This document shows positions 61,172 through 64,000 of a stretch of DNA of 64,000 bases, one piece after another (within the stretch, counting starts at the first letter, position 1; each line of letters begins with the position of its first letter). Position numbers and translations under genes: made by a program. The notes beneath the pieces were generated by a model. The model did not search any database. It saw nothing but the letters and a program-made list of their open reading frames with translations, and was not told the origin of the DNA. The stretch is from Flavobacteriales bacterium (GTDB taxonomy: Bacteria; Bacteroidota; Bacteroidia; Flavobacteriales_D; CAJJDF01), in contig JABAYJ010000005.1 in the NCBI GenBank assembly GCA_018609055.1, forward strand, positions 46,915 through 110,914, read 5' to 3'.

Positions 61172-62683
61172 ATGTCAGAAAAAGTAAGAGTAAGATTTGC
61201 ACCTAGTCCAACAGGCCCGCTTCATATTGGAGGAGTAAGAACAGCATTGTTCAATTATTTATTTGCAAAAAAACACGGAGGAGATTTCATCTTAAGAATA
61301 GAAGATACAGATCAAAAAAGATTTGTTGAAGGAGCAGAGGAATATGTGATTAACTCATTGAATTGGGCTGGAATACCTCATAGCGAAGGACAAGGAGTAG
61401 GAGGAGAATATGGTCCTTATAAGCAATCCGAAAGAATGCATTTGTACAAAGAATATGCAGACTATTTGTTGGATAACGACAGAGCATATTATGCTTTTGA
61501 TTCTTCAGAAGAATTAACCGAAGCAAGAGAAAGAAGTCAAAAAGAGGGGAAGACCTTTGCTTATGACGCGATTACTCGTCAATATTTAAAAAACTCAACA
61601 AGTTTATCAGCTGATGAAGTAACACAAAGAATTGAAAGCGGAGAGAATTATGTAATAAGAATGAAACTTCCAAGAAATGAAGAAGTAAGGTTTCATGATG
61701 AGATTAGAGGATGGGTGGTAGTTAATACTGCTAACATGGATGATAAGGTTTTATTCAAATCTGATGGATTACCAACTTATCACTTAGCAAATATTGTGGA
61801 TGATCATTTGATGAAAATTACTCACGTAATTAGAGGAGAAGAATGGTTGCCATCTGCACCACTTCATGTATTGTTATACCAATATTTAGGATGGGAAGAT
61901 TCTATGCCAAAATTTGCTCACTTACCATTAATCCTAAAGCCAGATGGTAAAGGGAAATTAAGCAAGAGAGATGGAGCAAAAGGAGGTTTTCCAGTATTCC
62001 CATTAGAATGGAAAGATCCTGCAAACGGAGAAATTTCATCAGGATACAGAGAGGATGGATATTTTAAAGAAGCATTTGTAAATATGTTGGCGTTTTTGGG
62101 ATGGAACCCAGGAACAGAACAAGAGATATTTAGTTTAGAAGAATTAGTTCAGGCTTTTTCTCTAGAAAGAGTAGGGAAGTCAGGAGCAAAATTTGACCCA
62201 GTAAAAACAAAATGGTTTAATGAGCAGTTTTTGAGAATGAAATCTAACGAAGAGTTAGCTTCATTATTAAAGCCTCTTATTGATTTTGAAGTAGAAGATG
62301 AATACTTAGCTAAAGTTTCTGAGTTATTGAAGGAGAGGGCTGTTTTTGTTGCTGATATGACCGAAGACGACTTTTATTTTAAAGCTCCTTCAGAATTTGA
62401 TGCTAAAACTATTAAAAAGAAGTGGAAAGAAACTACTCCAGCTATTATTGAAGCATTAATCGTAAAGTTCGAAGGGATAAATGATTTTTCTGCAGAGAAT
62501 GTTGAGGTTGCATTTAAGGAATACCTTACTGACAATGAAGTAGGAATGGGAGCTGTACTGCCTAATTTCAGGGTTTTGGTTACTGGTAAAGGAATGGGTC
62601 CATCAATGTTCCAGATTGCATCTATACTTGGGAAAGAAGAGACTTTGAATAGGTTAAAGGCTGGATTGCAAAGAGTTAATTAA
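61172..62683 (+). CDS. gltX: Glutamate--tRNA ligase
   Basis: RFAPSPTGPLHIGG, LRIEDTD, HVIRGEEW, KLSKR. Confidence 0.97.
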   Translation: MSEKVRVRFAPSPTGPLHIGGVRTALFNYLFAKKHGGDFILRIEDTDQKRFVEGAEEYVINSLNWAGIPHSEGQGVGGEYGPYKQSERMHLYKEYADYLLDNDRAYYAFDSSEELTEARERSQKEGKTFAYDAITRQYLKNSTSLSADEVTQRIESGENYVIRMKLPRNEEVRFHDEIRGWVVVNTANMDDKVLFKSDGLPTYHLANIVDDHLMKITHVIRGEEWLPSAPLHVLLYQYLGWEDSMPKFAHLPLILKPDGKGKLSKRDGAKGGFPVFPLEWKDPANGEISSGYREDGYFKEAFVNMLAFLGWNPGTEQEIFSLEELVQAFSLERVGKSGAKFDPVKTKWFNEQFLRMKSNEELASLLKPLIDFEVEDEYLAKVSELLKERAVFVADMTEDDFYFKAPSEFDAKTIKKKWKETTPAIIEALIVKFEGINDFSAENVEVAFKEYLTDNEVGMGAVLPNFRVLVTGKGMGPSMFQIASILGKEETLNRLKAGLQRVN

Positions 62684-62783
62684 ATGTTAATTTGTCAAAT
62701 GTTAAAATTTGATAACTTTTATTAAGCTCATGCAATAGATTAGACTTTTTGACGTAAATTAGACTCAACAAAAGACGATAATC

Positions 62784-62969
62784 ATGTTAGAACTAAGTAA
62801 AACTATTCTCAGTAAAATAAGTTTCGACAAATATCTTTTCAGAAAAGAACTTAAAAAAGCAGTTAAATGGGTTAAGCCAAACGAAGCTTTAGTATTAAAG
62901 GTATGGTGCTTAGCACAATTTGGTCACATGTACAAAGATGTGATACAAGAAGTATTTGATGCGAACTAA
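62784..62969 (+). CDS. Small hypothetical protein
   Basis: 61 aa, KTILSKISFDKYLFRKELKKA; followed by a strong terminator. Confidence 0.7.
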   Translation: MLELSKTILSKISFDKYLFRKELKKAVKWVKPNEALVLKVWCLAQFGHMYKDVIQEVFDAN

Positions 62970-62991
62970 AAAAGTGGAAATTATTAAACAT

Positions 62992-63029
62992 AAAAAAAAC
63001 CGACTCGATAATATCGAGTCGGTTTTTTT
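62992..63029. terminator. Bidirectional Rho-independent terminator
   Basis: AAAAAAACCGACTCGAT-AAT-ATCGAGTCGGTTTTTTT between convergent genes. Confidence 0.9.
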
Positions 63030-63049
63030 ATGCTTTGCCTTTTTCAGGA

Positions 63050-64000
63050 TTAGTTGATAATCAATTTTTTCATGCTCATGTTTCCATTCACATTTATTTG
63101 TATAAAATAGACACCCTTTGATAATTGGTTTTTTTGAATTTCAAAAGTAGTATTTCCTTCGTTCAATGTTTTTCTTGCAGATAATACACTCACTGTTTGT
63201 CCTAAAGCATTAATTAAGTTTACTGAGACTTCTGATTGTTTAATTAAATCTAGAGACAAAGAAGCGTTACTAATCATTGGATTAGGATAAATAGTAGCTG
63301 ATGATAAGAAATTTGTTTCTTCAACTCCAACAGTTGAGCTTATATTTATATCATCAATAAAAAAGTTGTTTCCACCACCACTTACTATTCTTATTTTAAA
63401 TCTAAAATTTGCAGAGAAATAACTATTGTTAATGTTGTAGCTTATATTAGACCAGTTTGTTGGGAAAAACTCAGAATCTGTTGAACCAGTATTTTGATTT
63501 ATTCCTCTTGCAATAACCCAATTTTCACCACAATCACTTGATACTAGCAATTGTACTACTTCACCAGAAGTTGTACTTTTTTGTGCATATGCATATTTAA
63601 ATGATAAGTTTGCTGAGCTCATTCCAGAAAGGTTGTAGGTTCTACTCCCTAGTTCGCTTGTTGCTCCATTAATGATATTAAAGTTATTAAGCATTGCGCT
63701 TTTACTTCCACTAGCACTTGAGTTGCTAAGTTTCCAGTATGATGTATCTCCAGATGTGTTTTCCCAATTATCTTCAAATTGAAATTCACTTGTCTCAAAA
63801 CCTTCGCTAAATGGCACAGATGCACCCCAAGATGAAACAACTCTGATGTATCTTTGTTTGGCTACACTTTTAGTTCCACTTGCATTAGAAACAGTTAAAT
63901 TTACAGTGTGTCTACCAGGGTTATTGTAAACAACTACTGGGTTTTCTATATTACTTGATGAAGGAGTTCCTCCAGGAAAGCTCCAATTCCAACTAGTAGC
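63050..64000 (-). CDS. T9SS type-A sorting domain protein with PKD domain (5' part outside window)
   Basis: Frame open to the window edge: SWNWSFPGGTP...YNNPGRHTVNLTV (PKD), a jelly-roll-like domain ending FFIDDINI, then IYPNP...LSKGVYFIQI...KKLII. Confidence 0.88.
   Translation of the reverse strand, partial: ATSWNWSFPGGTPSSSNIENPVVVYNNPGRHTVNLTVSNASGTKSVAKQRYIRVVSSWGASVPFSEGFETSEFQFEDNWENTSGDTSYWKLSNSSASGSKSAMLNNFNIINGATSELGSRTYNLSGMSSANLSFKYAYAQKSTTSGEVVQLLVSSDCGENWVIARGINQNTGSTDSEFFPTNWSNISYNINNSYFSANFRFKIRIVSGGGNNFFIDDINISSTVGVEETNFLSSATIYPNPMISNASLSLDLIKQSEVSVNLINALGQTVSVLSARKTLNEGNTTFEIQKNQLSKGVYFIQINVNGNMSMKKLIIN

Noticed and set aside
1-64000. CRISPR arrays, tRNA/rRNA genes, IS elements, prophage, cobalamin riboswitch
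   Set aside because: No spaced repeats, cloverleaf or rRNA-like tracts, or transposase/integrase/phage ORFs were seen. Intergenic regions are short and AT-rich, with no recognisable B12 box. This was by eye only; an Infernal/tRNAscan run would be definitive.

Overview
AT-rich chromosomal window from a Bacteroidota genome, probably Flavobacteriales-like. The evidence is T9SS components (PorZ, type A and B C-terminal domains), TAnnTTTG promoters, DUF5686/DUF3127/DUF2490/DUF4268-type genes and a three-subunit Sdh. The housekeeping backbone (pruA, fbp, fabF-acpP, sdhCAB, trpS, rnhA, purN, waaA, recQ, gltX) is intact. I saw no rRNA, tRNA, CRISPR array, integrase or transposase. The standout signal is an apparently uncharacterised, methylation-heavy cell-envelope pathway split over two loci. 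Locus A (9.5-14.3 kb) holds a Wzz-like protein, an O-antigen ligase-like protein, a Pol-beta-type nucleotidyltransferase and a B12-radical SAM enzyme. Locus B (52.3-60.0 kb) holds two more B12-radical SAM enzymes, three SAM methyltransferases, a CxxCH lipoprotein and a GT87-like glycosyltransferase interrupted at a G9 tract. Other points: three GT-C-like genes follow porZ; a kinase-less LytTR/REC/Hpt phosphorelay is present; an ECF sigma operon carries a duplicated, readable promoter; and five accessory genes are disrupted by frameshifts or in-frame stops. All family calls come from motif recognition by eye; no searches were run.
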